Assembly (NCBI GenBank): GCA_038231135.1
Contig: JBBRLX010000002.1
Location: forward strand, 160,001-224,000
Reading direction: 5' to 3'
Source of the DNA: Candidatus Eiseniibacteriota bacterium
GTDB lineage: Bacteria > Eisenbacteria > RBG-16-71-46
Length of the DNA stretch: 64,000 bases
Shown: positions 39,903 through 48,432 of the stretch, in pieces
How the letters are laid out: each line of letters opens with the position of its first letter
How positions within the stretch are numbered: the stretch's first letter is position 1
Program-made: the position numbers and the translations under genes
The notes under the pieces: generated by a model
Databases searched by the model: none
Seen by the model: the letters and a program-made list of their open reading frames with translations, nothing else
Told to the model about the DNA's origin: nothing

Positions 39903-40964
39903 CTACGCGGTCGCCACCCCGAGCACTTCGCCGACCACGGCCCGGAACGCCTCGACGGCCCGCTCGACGCCCGCGTCGTCGATGTCCAGATGCGTGATCG
40001 CACGCAACTTCTTCGGTCCGTACGCCGACAGGTGCACGCCGCGCTCGAACAGCCGGCGCGCGAGATCCGGCCCGTCGAGCGACGGATGCTCGAGCAGCAT
40101 GAACACGATGTTCGTCTGGGGCGCCACCACACGAATGCCGGGCAGCGTGGCGATCGCGTCGGCCAGCACCCGCGCCCGGGCGTGATCGTCGGCCAGCCGC
40201 TCGATGTGATGATCGAGCGCGTACAGGCACGCCGCCGCGAGGATGCCGACCTGGCGCATGCCGCCGCCCCAGCGCTTCCGCAGCCGGTGCGCCCGGTGGA
40301 TCACATCGGCGGGGCCCGCGAGGATCGAGCCGACGGGCGCGCCGAGCGCCTTGGAGAAGCACATCATCACCGTGTCCACCGGCGCCGCCCAGTCGGCGAG
40401 CGGGATGCCGCTCGCGACCGACGCGTTCCACAGCCGGGCGCCATCCATGTGCACCGCCATGCCGTACTGATGCGCGGCCGCCGCGGCCGCCCGCACGCGC
40501 TCGAGCGGCACGATCGCGCCGCCGTGGCGGTTGTGGGTGTTCTCGATGCACAACAGCCGCACGTGCGCGACGTGATCGTCCTCGCCGCGCACCGCCGCCG
40601 CGATCGCGACCGGATCGATCGCGCCGCGATCGCTGGGCATCGGGTGGGCCAGCGTGCCCGAGTTCGCCGCGATGCCGCCCTGCTCGTACACGAACACGTG
40701 CGAGTCGGCTTCGAGCAGCACCTCGTCGCCCGGCTGGGTCTGACACGCCACCGCGAGCTGGTTGCCCATCGTGCCGCTCGGCACGTAGAGCGCGGCGTCC
40801 TTGACCGTCAGGCGGGCGACACGCTCCTCGAGTGCCAGCACGGTCGGATCGTCGCCGTAGACGTCATCGCCGACCACGGCCTCCGCGATGGCCCGGCGCA
40901 TCGCCGGAGTGGGACGGGTCACGGTATCGCTGCGCAGGTCCACGAGGTCGGTTCGAAGCGTCAC
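39903..40964 (-). CDS. ltaE: Low-specificity L-threonine aldolase
   Basis: [41 protein letters not shown]-Lys motif [11 protein letters not shown]. Confidence 0.93.
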   Translation of the reverse strand: MTLRTDLVDLRSDTVTRPTPAMRRAIAEAVVGDDVYGDDPTVLALEERVARLTVKDAALYVPSGTMGNQLAVACQTQPGDEVLLEADSHVFVYEQGGIAANSGTLAHPMPSDRGAIDPVAIAAAVRGEDDHVAHVRLLCIENTHNRHGGAIVPLERVRAAAAAAHQYGMAVHMDGARLWNASVASGIPLADWAAPVDTVMMCFSKALGAPVGSILAGPADVIHRAHRLRKRWGGGMRQVGILAAACLYALDHHIERLADDHARARVLADAIATLPGIRVVAPQTNIVFMLLEHPSLDGPDLARRLFERGVHLSAYGPKKLRAITHLDIDDAGVERAVEAFRAVVGEVLGVATA

Positions 40965-41193
40965 GGCGTCTCTCCCGGGATGCGGAATCCTTGACAATCT
41001 TCCACGGTCAGTGCGCACAGTGTACAGGAGTGGCGGCCCGGTTTCGGTCCTGGGGCCGCGGCGTTGCGGCATCCGAATTGCCGGAACGCAGCCACCCCAT
41101 ATCCATCAAAACATACGATTCCTCAGTCACCGCGGGCGCCGCCATGGGGGCGGCGACGGCGGGCGGCGCGAATCGCGAGGAGAGTTACGCCCC

Positions 41194-41895
41194 ATGCCAT
41201 TCGGCTTTTTCGATCCGACCATGATCCTGATCCTACCGGCGCTGTTCTTCGCCATATGGGCACAATGGAAGGTTCAGCGCACGTATAAGGAGTTCTCGAA
41301 GGTTCCCGCTGCGAACGGGATGACCGGCCGCCAGATAGCGCAGATGATCATGACGCGCAACGGCATCAGCGACGTCGGCATCGAGGAAGTGGGCGGCGTG
41401 CTGAGCGATCACTACGACCCGCGCACGAAGATGGTGAGCCTGAGCTCCGACAATTTCCGGGCGGCCTCGGTCGCTTCGATCGCGGTGGGGGCCCACGAGG
41501 TGGGTCACGTGCTGCAGCACCACCAGGGCTATGCGCCGCTCGCGATCCGGTCGGCGATCGCGCCGGTGGCGGGTTTCGGCAGCATGCTGGCGTTTCCGCT
41601 GTTCTTCATCGGCCTGCTGTTCGGCGGCCGCGGCGTCATGTCGGGCACGCTGATGGACCTGGGCATCCTGCTGTTCACGGGAGCGGTGATCTTCCAGGTC
41701 GTCACGCTGCCGGTGGAGTTTGATGCTTCCAAACGCGCGCTCGTCCAGCTCACCGAAACGGGTGCGCTGGCGCCCCAGGAAGTCGCGGGAGCGAAGCGGG
41801 TCCTCGATGCCGCGGCGCTGACCTACGTAGCCGCAGCGGCCGTGGCGGCCTTGCAGTTACTGCGTCTGGTGGTGCTCAGGGATAGCCGCAGATAG
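41194..41895 (+). CDS. YugP-like membrane neutral zinc metallopeptidase
   Basis: LSDHYDP, AHEVGH..QH, TLPVEFDAS.RA, AAALTYVA. Confidence 0.92.
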   Translation: MPFGFFDPTMILILPALFFAIWAQWKVQRTYKEFSKVPAANGMTGRQIAQMIMTRNGISDVGIEEVGGVLSDHYDPRTKMVSLSSDNFRAASVASIAVGAHEVGHVLQHHQGYAPLAIRSAIAPVAGFGSMLAFPLFFIGLLFGGRGVMSGTLMDLGILLFTGAVIFQVVTLPVEFDASKRALVQLTETGALAPQEVAGAKRVLDAAALTYVAAAAVAALQLLRLVVLRDSRR

Positions 41896-41900
41896 GCTCC

Positions 41901-42179
41901 CTAGCTCTGCGACACCATGTCCTTGAGTTCCTTGGACACCTTGAACACCGGCACCTTGCGCGGCGGCACGGGCACGGCTTCGCCGGTTCGCGGATTGCGG
42001 GCGATGCGGGACTTGCGGTCCTTGACCCGGAACGTGCCGAAGCCGCGGATCTCGATGTGATGGCCGTTCGCAAGCGCCTTCGCCACAGCGTTCAAGAACG
42101 AGTCGACCGTTTCGGCGACGTCCTTCTTGGTGAGGCCGGTCCGTTCGGAAATCTGATCGACGATATCCGCCTTGGTCAT
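41901..42179 (-). CDS. HU/IHF family DNA-binding protein
   Basis: MTKADIV...IEIRGFGTF...ARNPRTGE...P.FK. Confidence 0.95.
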   Translation of the reverse strand: MTKADIVDQISERTGLTKKDVAETVDSFLNAVAKALANGHHIEIRGFGTFRVKDRKSRIARNPRTGEAVPVPPRKVPVFKVSKELKDMVSQS

Positions 42180-42247
42180 TTCGCCTCCGCGTCCTCGGGC
42201 GGGAACCCCTTGGGATTCCCAGCTTTGCCTCACCGCGAGGCCCTAGG

Positions 42248-42277
42248 AAGCTAACAAGCGACGTAAAAACCTGTCAA
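42248..42277 (-). promoter_or_regulatory. Sigma70-type promoter of the HU/IHF gene
   Basis: TTGACA-18 nt-TAGCTT. Confidence 0.65.
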
Positions 42278-42305
42278 TCAGTTTTTGGACAAGGCGTTGC
42301 GGCGT

Positions 42306-43256
42306 TCAGGCTTGGCCGCTGCCGTCCCCCAGCACCTTCCGACGGGTGGCTTCGAGCGGATGGCCGGCGGCGGCCTCGACCGCGCGGGCCAGGAATGGCC
42401 TGCCCCGGGCGGTCTCTTCGCGCCATTCGGCCGCAAACGCGCCGCTGCGGATCTCGGCCAGCATCGCCTCCATCGCCGCCCGGCTCCCGGGCCCGATCAC
42501 GCGGGGCCCCCGCGTGAGGTCGCCGTAGAGCGCGGTGCCGCTGATCGCGCCGCGCAGCCCCGCCACCCCGCGTTCGTGCAACAGGTCGGCCAGGTACTTG
42601 AGCTGGTGCACGCACTCGAGATAGGCGATTTCCGGCGCGTAGCCGGCCGCGACCAGCACTTCGTAGGCGTTGCGCACCAGCGCGTTCATGCCGCCGCACA
42701 GCACCGCCTGTTCGCCGAACAGGTCGACCTCGGTCTCCTCGCGCACCGTGGTCGCCCACACCGGGGCGAGGCCGAGCCGGCCGGCATAGGCGTGCGCGAT
42801 GGCCCACGCCGAGCCCGATGCGTCCTGGTGCACGGCGAGGTACCCGGCGAGCGGCGGGCGGGCGGGATCGCGCTCGAGCAGGCGCCCCGGGCCGGCGGGC
42901 GACACCAGCACCACGTCCGCATTCGGCGGAAACTCGAGCGCCGAATACAGCAGGTTGAAGCCGTGCGCGAACACCACGGCGGCGCCGGGAGCCAGCTGTG
43001 CCTGCCAGGCAGGCCATACCGCGGCCACGGCCTCATCGGGGATCAGCACGGCCACGATTCGCGCGCCGGCGATCGCGGCGGCGGGATCCTGAACCGCGAA
43101 GCCTTCGGCGCGCGCGCGGGGATGAGAAGCGCCGTCCGGGCGCACGCCGATCGTCACGTCGAGTCCGCTCGCCCTGAGCGCACGCGCCTGCGCGGCGCCC
43201 TGGTTGCCGAAGCCGAGCACCGTCACGCAGGCGCCGGCGAGGAGATCGGTCGTCAT
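42306..43256 (-). CDS. ilvC: Ketol-acid reductoisomerase-like protein (class I, divergent)
   Basis: GFGNQG, LIPDE, FAHGFN, EETEVDLFGEQAVLCGG, AYLECVH, ISGTALYG. Confidence 0.85.
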   Translation of the reverse strand: MTTDLLAGACVTVLGFGNQGAAQARALRASGLDVTIGVRPDGASHPRARAEGFAVQDPAAAIAGARIVAVLIPDEAVAAVWPAWQAQLAPGAAVVFAHGFNLLYSALEFPPNADVVLVSPAGPGRLLERDPARPPLAGYLAVHQDASGSAWAIAHAYAGRLGLAPVWATTVREETEVDLFGEQAVLCGGMNALVRNAYEVLVAAGYAPEIAYLECVHQLKYLADLLHERGVAGLRGAISGTALYGDLTRGPRVIGPGSRAAMEAMLAEIRSGAFAAEWREETARGRPFLARAVEAAAGHPLEATRRKVLGDGSGQA

Positions 43257-43380
43257 GAGTTCCGAGCGATGAGTGGGGTGAGTGCGATCGATGCGGGGAC
43301 TGCGATGGGGAAGCGCCGGACTGCCCTGCGGCGGCAGGCAGCGGCCCGGGCGGCGCCCGTGAGCGCCGCCCACCGCACGG

Positions 43381-44814
43381 CTACTTCTTGATCACCGCAG
43401 CCACGCTCCAATCCGACTTCTGGACCTGCTTGCCCGCCGGATTGAAGTGGTACGCCACCATCTTCGTCCAGTAGAACCAGGTCTCGTACTTCTGGCCGTC
43501 GGATTCCCACTGGCTGAGCTGCTCCGGCGCCGACATGCTGGCCAGCGTCTTCGCGGCATCGCTGCCGGCGGGCGACTTCTTCGCCTGGGCCGCAGGGTCG
43601 TCGACCGGCTTCCCGTTCGTGAGCGCCAGGTACACCATGTACTCCTCGGTGCCCTTCGGGTTGTTGCCGGCCTTGGTGTACGCAGCGCCGAGCTGGCGAT
43701 GGAACGCCTTGTTCTTGGGATCGTGGACCACGGCCTGGTGCAGCACCGACACCGATTCGTCGAACTTCTTCTCGTCGGCGAGCGTGGAACCCAGCGCCGA
43801 CAGGGCGTCCGGATCGTCCGGTCGCGCCTTGAGCGCCGCCTTCCACTGCCCTTCGGCCAGCTCGTTCTCGCCCGCGTTCTGATAGGCCAGCGCGGCGTTG
43901 AACGGCAGGTCGGCATCGCCCGGCTTCAGGTCGCCGGCCCTGGCGTAGGCATCGCCCGCCGCCTTGAAGTCCTTCTTGCGCGCGTCGCCCTCACCCGCCT
44001 GGGCCTCCTTGAACAGCGCCTCGGCCACGCCCAGGTAGAGGTCGCTGTTGCTGGGATCGGTCTTGATCAGGTCGCGGTAGAAATCGACGGCCTTGTCATA
44101 CTTCTTGTCGTCGATGAATCCGGCCGCGATCTGCTGGAGCACCGCGCGGCGCGACTTCGCGAGATCGCTGTCGCCGGGCGCCGACTTGATGCCTTCGTTG
44201 AAATAGGCCAGCGCGGGCTCCCACTGCCCCATGAACGCGTACACCGACCCGAGGTTCCGCAGCGTGCGCGGGTCGCCGGGCTTGAGGAACGACGCGCAGG
44301 TGAGGCTCGTGACCGCCTGCTGGTACTTTTTCTGCGCCTCGTCCTTGAGCGTCTTGTCCGCGTCGGCCGCGGGCGGCTTCATGAAATCGGGATACGCCGC
44401 CTGCGCCTCGGTGATGCGCGTGATGCCGTTGTTGAACGCCGTCGCCCAGTAGGAGTTGCGGTTCGTCGTGGCCCAGTCGACCTTCTTCTTGTCGGCGTGC
44501 TCGAGCCCCGCGATGGCGCGGCGGAACGCGATTCCGGCAGGCCCGCAGCTCTCGATCTCGGCGTAGGCCCATCCCAGGTAACCCATCGCCTCGTAGTCGG
44601 TCGAGTCCTCGGCCGCGCACTGCTCGAGCTGCTGCACGGCCTTGAGCATCTGCCGCTTGTAGTCGTCGGTATTGCCCTTGTCCTTGTCCCGCATGCCCTG
44701 CACGACGTACTGAATGCCGCCCGCGCAGTGCGGGTTGCGCGCATACGCCGCGCCCACGAAAGCCACGGTGCCCAGCGCCACGCCGAGGGTGGTGGCGATC
44801 GCAATGCGTTTCAC
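43381..44814 (-). CDS. Exported TPR-repeat protein
   Basis: AAGGAGG RBS, signal peptide (AYA), multiple TPRs. Confidence 0.85.
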   Translation of the reverse strand: MKRIAIATTLGVALGTVAFVGAAYARNPHCAGGIQYVVQGMRDKDKGNTDDYKRQMLKAVQQLEQCAAEDSTDYEAMGYLGWAYAEIESCGPAGIAFRRAIAGLEHADKKKVDWATTNRNSYWATAFNNGITRITEAQAAYPDFMKPPAADADKTLKDEAQKKYQQAVTSLTCASFLKPGDPRTLRNLGSVYAFMGQWEPALAYFNEGIKSAPGDSDLAKSRRAVLQQIAAGFIDDKKYDKAVDFYRDLIKTDPSNSDLYLGVAEALFKEAQAGEGDARKKDFKAAGDAYARAGDLKPGDADLPFNAALAYQNAGENELAEGQWKAALKARPDDPDALSALGSTLADEKKFDESVSVLHQAVVHDPKNKAFHRQLGAAYTKAGNNPKGTEEYMVYLALTNGKPVDDPAAQAKKSPAGSDAAKTLASMSAPEQLSQWESDGQKYETWFYWTKMVAYHFNPAGKQVQKSDWSVAAVIKK

Positions 44815-44893
44815 GGAATTGCCTCCTTGATGGGGTGAAGCGAGCGGCCTTGGAACGGGCCGGCGGCACACCGCCTTGGGCCCTGCCGGCCGG

Positions 44894-45619
44894 CTACGTA
44901 AGCCGATTGCCGTTGACCGCCAGACCGAACGTGGTGCCGAGGAACTTCGCCGCCTTGCGCGACGCCAGCATGCGCGTCATGAAGATCTCGAAGTACTCCA
45001 TCACCTGCGAGATGCGGGTGTCGATCGTGAGCTCCAGCGTGATCTGCTTCTCGGCCTCATTCACGTTCAGGAAGCTCTTCTCGACCGCGTAGTTGACCCG
45101 GTCGTGGATGTCGAAGTTGATCATGTCGGCGTTGCGGACGCGCGTGCGGTGCACGTCGCTCTTGTCCGCCAGGATCAGCGCCGCGGCGACCGCGCTCACC
45201 GGGTCGCCGTCGTTCTCGTGATGATTGCCGATCGCGCCGATCACGCGGACGATCTCGAGGTCCGGCATGCCCATCTTGTCGAGCAATTGCATGGCCATCA
45301 CCGCGCTGGACTGGGCATGGTGGTCGCGATTCACCGCGTTGCCGATGTCGTGCAGGTAGCCCGCGATCGCGGCCAGCTCGGACTCGCGCTCGGGATAGCC
45401 CAGCCGCTTGAGGATGTTGAACGCGATGTGGGCGACCAGCCCGACATGGCGCTCGCCGTGCTCGGTGTAGCCGATCTCCGCCAGCGCCTCGTCCGCCTTC
45501 CGGACATAGATCTTCACCCGCGGGTTCTCCCGGACTTCGAGGAACGTGAGCAGGTGGGACTCGTCGGCCGAATGGGCGTCGGAAGTCACGGGGCGGATGG
45601 GAACGATGCGTTGGGACAT
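44894..45619 (-). CDS. HD-domain phosphohydrolase
   Basis: GYTEHG.RH, LHDIGN, IGNHHE, LILADKSD. Confidence 0.9.
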   Translation of the reverse strand: MSQRIVPIRPVTSDAHSADESHLLTFLEVRENPRVKIYVRKADEALAEIGYTEHGERHVGLVAHIAFNILKRLGYPERESELAAIAGYLHDIGNAVNRDHHAQSSAVMAMQLLDKMGMPDLEIVRVIGAIGNHHENDGDPVSAVAAALILADKSDVHRTRVRNADMINFDIHDRVNYAVEKSFLNVNEAEKQITLELTIDTRISQVMEYFEIFMTRMLASRKAAKFLGTTFGLAVNGNRLT

Positions 45620-45703
45620 GATGGGGTCTTTCGAACTCGGTATATGCGGGAACGATGCCAGAATCACCGCCGGGCCGGCGCGGGCGTGAGGGAAAGCGGA
45701 TCG

Positions 45704-45733
45704 ACTGTAGGCCGCGCTTCGAATGCCGGTCAA
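45704..45733 (-). promoter_or_regulatory. Sigma70-type promoter of the HD gene
   Basis: TTGACC-18 nt-TACAGT. Confidence 0.5.
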
Positions 45734-45891
45734 GCATCACGGCAAAACCGCCCATTCTGACGCGAACCTGACGTTTCGATCGGCGGATTTCGCTCCTGCG
45801 CCACGCCCCCGCAACCCCGGGCGAACCCCGCGGCCGGTATCGCCGCGCCGCCGCGCGTGGCGGCGCGGCGACACCCGTGCGGCGCCCGCCG

Positions 45892-47946
45892 CTACAGCAC
45901 CTCGATGGGATCGACGTCGACACGCATACGCACGCCGCGCTTGCCGGCCCGGGCCTCGAAGTGGTCGAGGGCGCGCGCCGCCAGCTGCCGCAGCGCGCGC
46001 GCATCGGCGCTCTTGAGCAGGATGTGCCAGCGGAACTGCCCGCGCAGCCGGGTGAACGCATGCGGCGCCGGCCCCAGCACGCGCACGCCCGTCGCGGCAG
46101 CCTCCGCAGGCGCCGCCGAGTCCTCCGTCGCCGCATCGAGCTCCGCGCCGGCAGGATCGACGCGCAGGAACTCCGCGACTTCTCCCGCCACCGCCTCGAC
46201 GTGCGACTCGTCCGTGCCCGCGAACATCAGGCTGATGAGCCGCACGTAGGGCGGGTACCCGGCGTCGCGCCGCTGGCCCAGCTCGTGCTCGAGGAACGAC
46301 CGCTCGTCGTGCAGCACCGCGGCCGCGATCGCGGGATGGGCCGGCGTGACGGTCTGCACGTACACGTCGCCGGCGATGTGCCCACGGCCCGCGCGGCCCG
46401 ACACCTGCACCAGCAGCTGGTAGGTGCGCTCGCCGGCGCGGAAATCGGGCAGGTGGAGCCCGACGTCGGCGTCGAGCACGCCGACCAGCGTCACGCCCGG
46501 GAAATCGAACCCCTTCGCGATCATCTGCGTGCCCACCAGGATGTCGGCGTCGCCGCTGCGGAACCGCGCGATCGCCTCCGCCGCGCGCTCACCGTCGCGC
46601 GACACGTCGGTGTCGAGCCGCACCACGCGCGCGGCCGGGAACGCCTGGGCCAGCTCCTTCTCGGCGCGCTGGGTGCCGCTGCCCGAGTACTTGAGCAGTG
46701 CGGCGCGGCACTTCGGGCACTGGGCCGTCGCGGGCTCGGCGTGGTCGCAGTAGTGGCAGCGCCAGGCGCGCGGCGTCAGGTGCAGCGTAAGCGCGATGTC
46801 GCAGTGCGGGCACTCCGGCACCCAGCCGCACGAGCGGCACTGCGTATGGTGCGAGTGCCCGCGGCGGTTGAGGAACAGCATGATCTGCTCGCGCCGCTCG
46901 AGCCGCCCGGCGATCGCGGCGCGCAGCGTGGGCGTGAGCAACCCGGCACCCGAGCCCTCGCGGCGCAGGTCGACGAGATGCACCGACGGCAGCGGCCGTC
47001 CGTCGATGCGCTCCGCGAGCCGCACGCGCTGGTACTTGCCGCGGGCCGCGTTCGCAAGCGATTCGAGGCTCGGCGTCGCCGATCCCAGCAGCACGGCGAT
47101 GCCGAGCATCTGCGCCCGGCGCACCGCGGTGTCGCGGCCGTGGTAGTGCAGCCGCTCGCTCTGCTTGTAGGCGGGCTCGTGCTCCTCGTCGACGACGATC
47201 AGCCCCAGGTTCGGCAGCGGCGCGAACACCGCGGACCGCGCGCCGACCACCACGTCGAGCGCGCCGCGGCTCGCGAGCTCCCAGTTGCGCCGCCGCTCGC
47301 CCACGCCGAGATAGCTGTGCAGCAGGCCCACGCGGCCGCCGAACCGGCGCCGGAACTCGGCGACCACCTGCGAGCTGAGCGCGACCTCCGGCACCAGCAC
47401 CAGCGTCTGGCGGCCCAGCTCACGCACGGCCTGCGCCGCGCGCAGGTACACCTCGGTCTTGCCGCTCGCGGTGATGCCGTGGAGCAGGATCGGCGCGAAC
47501 CCGCCGCGGGCAGCCGCGCGCTCGATCGCCGCGAGCGATGCGCGCTGGCCCGGCGTGAGCGTCACGGCATGCGTGAGCGCCAGCTTCGGCTCGCGGTCCT
47601 CGACCGCGCCGCGGCGCGCCCGGCTCTTCGCGAATCCTTCGAGGCCGCCCGGCAGCGACGCCAGCAGCACCTCGCCGATCGGAGCCAGGTAGTAGTCGGC
47701 GACCCAGCGCGCCAGCGCGAGCAGATGCGGGGCGATCGGCGCGTCGTCGAGCACCGCGGTCACATCGCGCGGGGCCTGCGCCGGGGGACGCTCATCGACT
47801 TCGAGCACGATGCCGCGGCGGGTGCGGCCGCGGAACGGCACCTGCACCTGAACGCCGGGACGGGTGCGCGCGGCGAGTTCCGGTGGGACGCGGTAGGCGA
47901 AGGTCTGCCGCAACGGCAGCGGCAGTGCCACGTGGGCGTAGGGCAT
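45892..47946 (-). CDS. priA: Primosomal protein N'
   Basis: VPFRG, GITASGKTEVY, LVPE, GARSAVFAP, VDEEHE..YKQ, NRRG, Cys-rich Zn region, GTQMIAKG.DF, QVSGRAGR, DVDP. Confidence 0.97.
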   Translation of the reverse strand: MPYAHVALPLPLRQTFAYRVPPELAARTRPGVQVQVPFRGRTRRGIVLEVDERPPAQAPRDVTAVLDDAPIAPHLLALARWVADYYLAPIGEVLLASLPGGLEGFAKSRARRGAVEDREPKLALTHAVTLTPGQRASLAAIERAAARGGFAPILLHGITASGKTEVYLRAAQAVRELGRQTLVLVPEVALSSQVVAEFRRRFGGRVGLLHSYLGVGERRRNWELASRGALDVVVGARSAVFAPLPNLGLIVVDEEHEPAYKQSERLHYHGRDTAVRRAQMLGIAVLLGSATPSLESLANAARGKYQRVRLAERIDGRPLPSVHLVDLRREGSGAGLLTPTLRAAIAGRLERREQIMLFLNRRGHSHHTQCRSCGWVPECPHCDIALTLHLTPRAWRCHYCDHAEPATAQCPKCRAALLKYSGSGTQRAEKELAQAFPAARVVRLDTDVSRDGERAAEAIARFRSGDADILVGTQMIAKGFDFPGVTLVGVLDADVGLHLPDFRAGERTYQLLVQVSGRAGRGHIAGDVYVQTVTPAHPAIAAAVLHDERSFLEHELGQRRDAGYPPYVRLISLMFAGTDESHVEAVAGEVAEFLRVDPAGAELDAATEDSAAPAEAAATGVRVLGPAPHAFTRLRGQFRWHILLKSADARALRQLAARALDHFEARAGKRGVRMRVDVDPIEVL

Positions 47947-48018
47947 GGTCGGGCGCGAAGCATACCGCAGCCCGCCCCCTGCCGGCGAAAATGCGGTCTC
48001 GCGCCGGCTCGGGGGAGC

Positions 48019-48414
48019 TCAGGCCTGCATGCGCTGGCTGCTGGTCTGGCCGAGAATCGAGTTGATGCGCTCCACCAGCTTGCGCGGGCTGAACGGCTTC
48101 GTGATGTAGTCGTCGGCGCCCACTTCAAAGCCCACTTTCTGATCCACGTTGCGGCCCTTCGCCGACAACAGGATCACCGGGATCGCCTTCGTTGCCGGAT
48201 CGGCCTTGAGCATCTTGCAGGTCTCGTAGCCGTCGAGCTTGGGCATCATGATGTCGAGCACGATGAGATCGGGATGCTCGCTGTGCGCCTTCTCGAGCCC
48301 CTGCTCGCCATCGAGCGCCGTCACCACGTCGTAGCCTTCCATCCCCAGACTGAAGTCGAGAATGTGGACGATGTAGATCTCATCGTCGATCACCAGGATC
48401 TTGCCTTTTGCCAT
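48019..48414 (-). CDS. Single-domain response regulator
   Basis: ILVIDDE, LDIMMP, LSA, ITKPF; no output domain. Confidence 0.93.
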   Translation of the reverse strand: MAKGKILVIDDEIYIVHILDFSLGMEGYDVVTALDGEQGLEKAHSEHPDLIVLDIMMPKLDGYETCKMLKADPATKAIPVILLSAKGRNVDQKVGFEVGADDYITKPFSPRKLVERINSILGQTSSQRMQA

Positions 48415-48432
48415 GTCGTTCTCACCCCCCTC

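Noticed and set aside
45645..45660. Second sigma54 promoter (TGGCAT-N5-CCGCA) before the HD gene
   Set aside because: Poor -12 element, and a better sigma70 match exists at 45704-45733
45841..45870. 12-bp GC stem after priA as a REP element
   Set aside because: Low-complexity GC sequence with no second copy seen; at most a terminator-like hairpin
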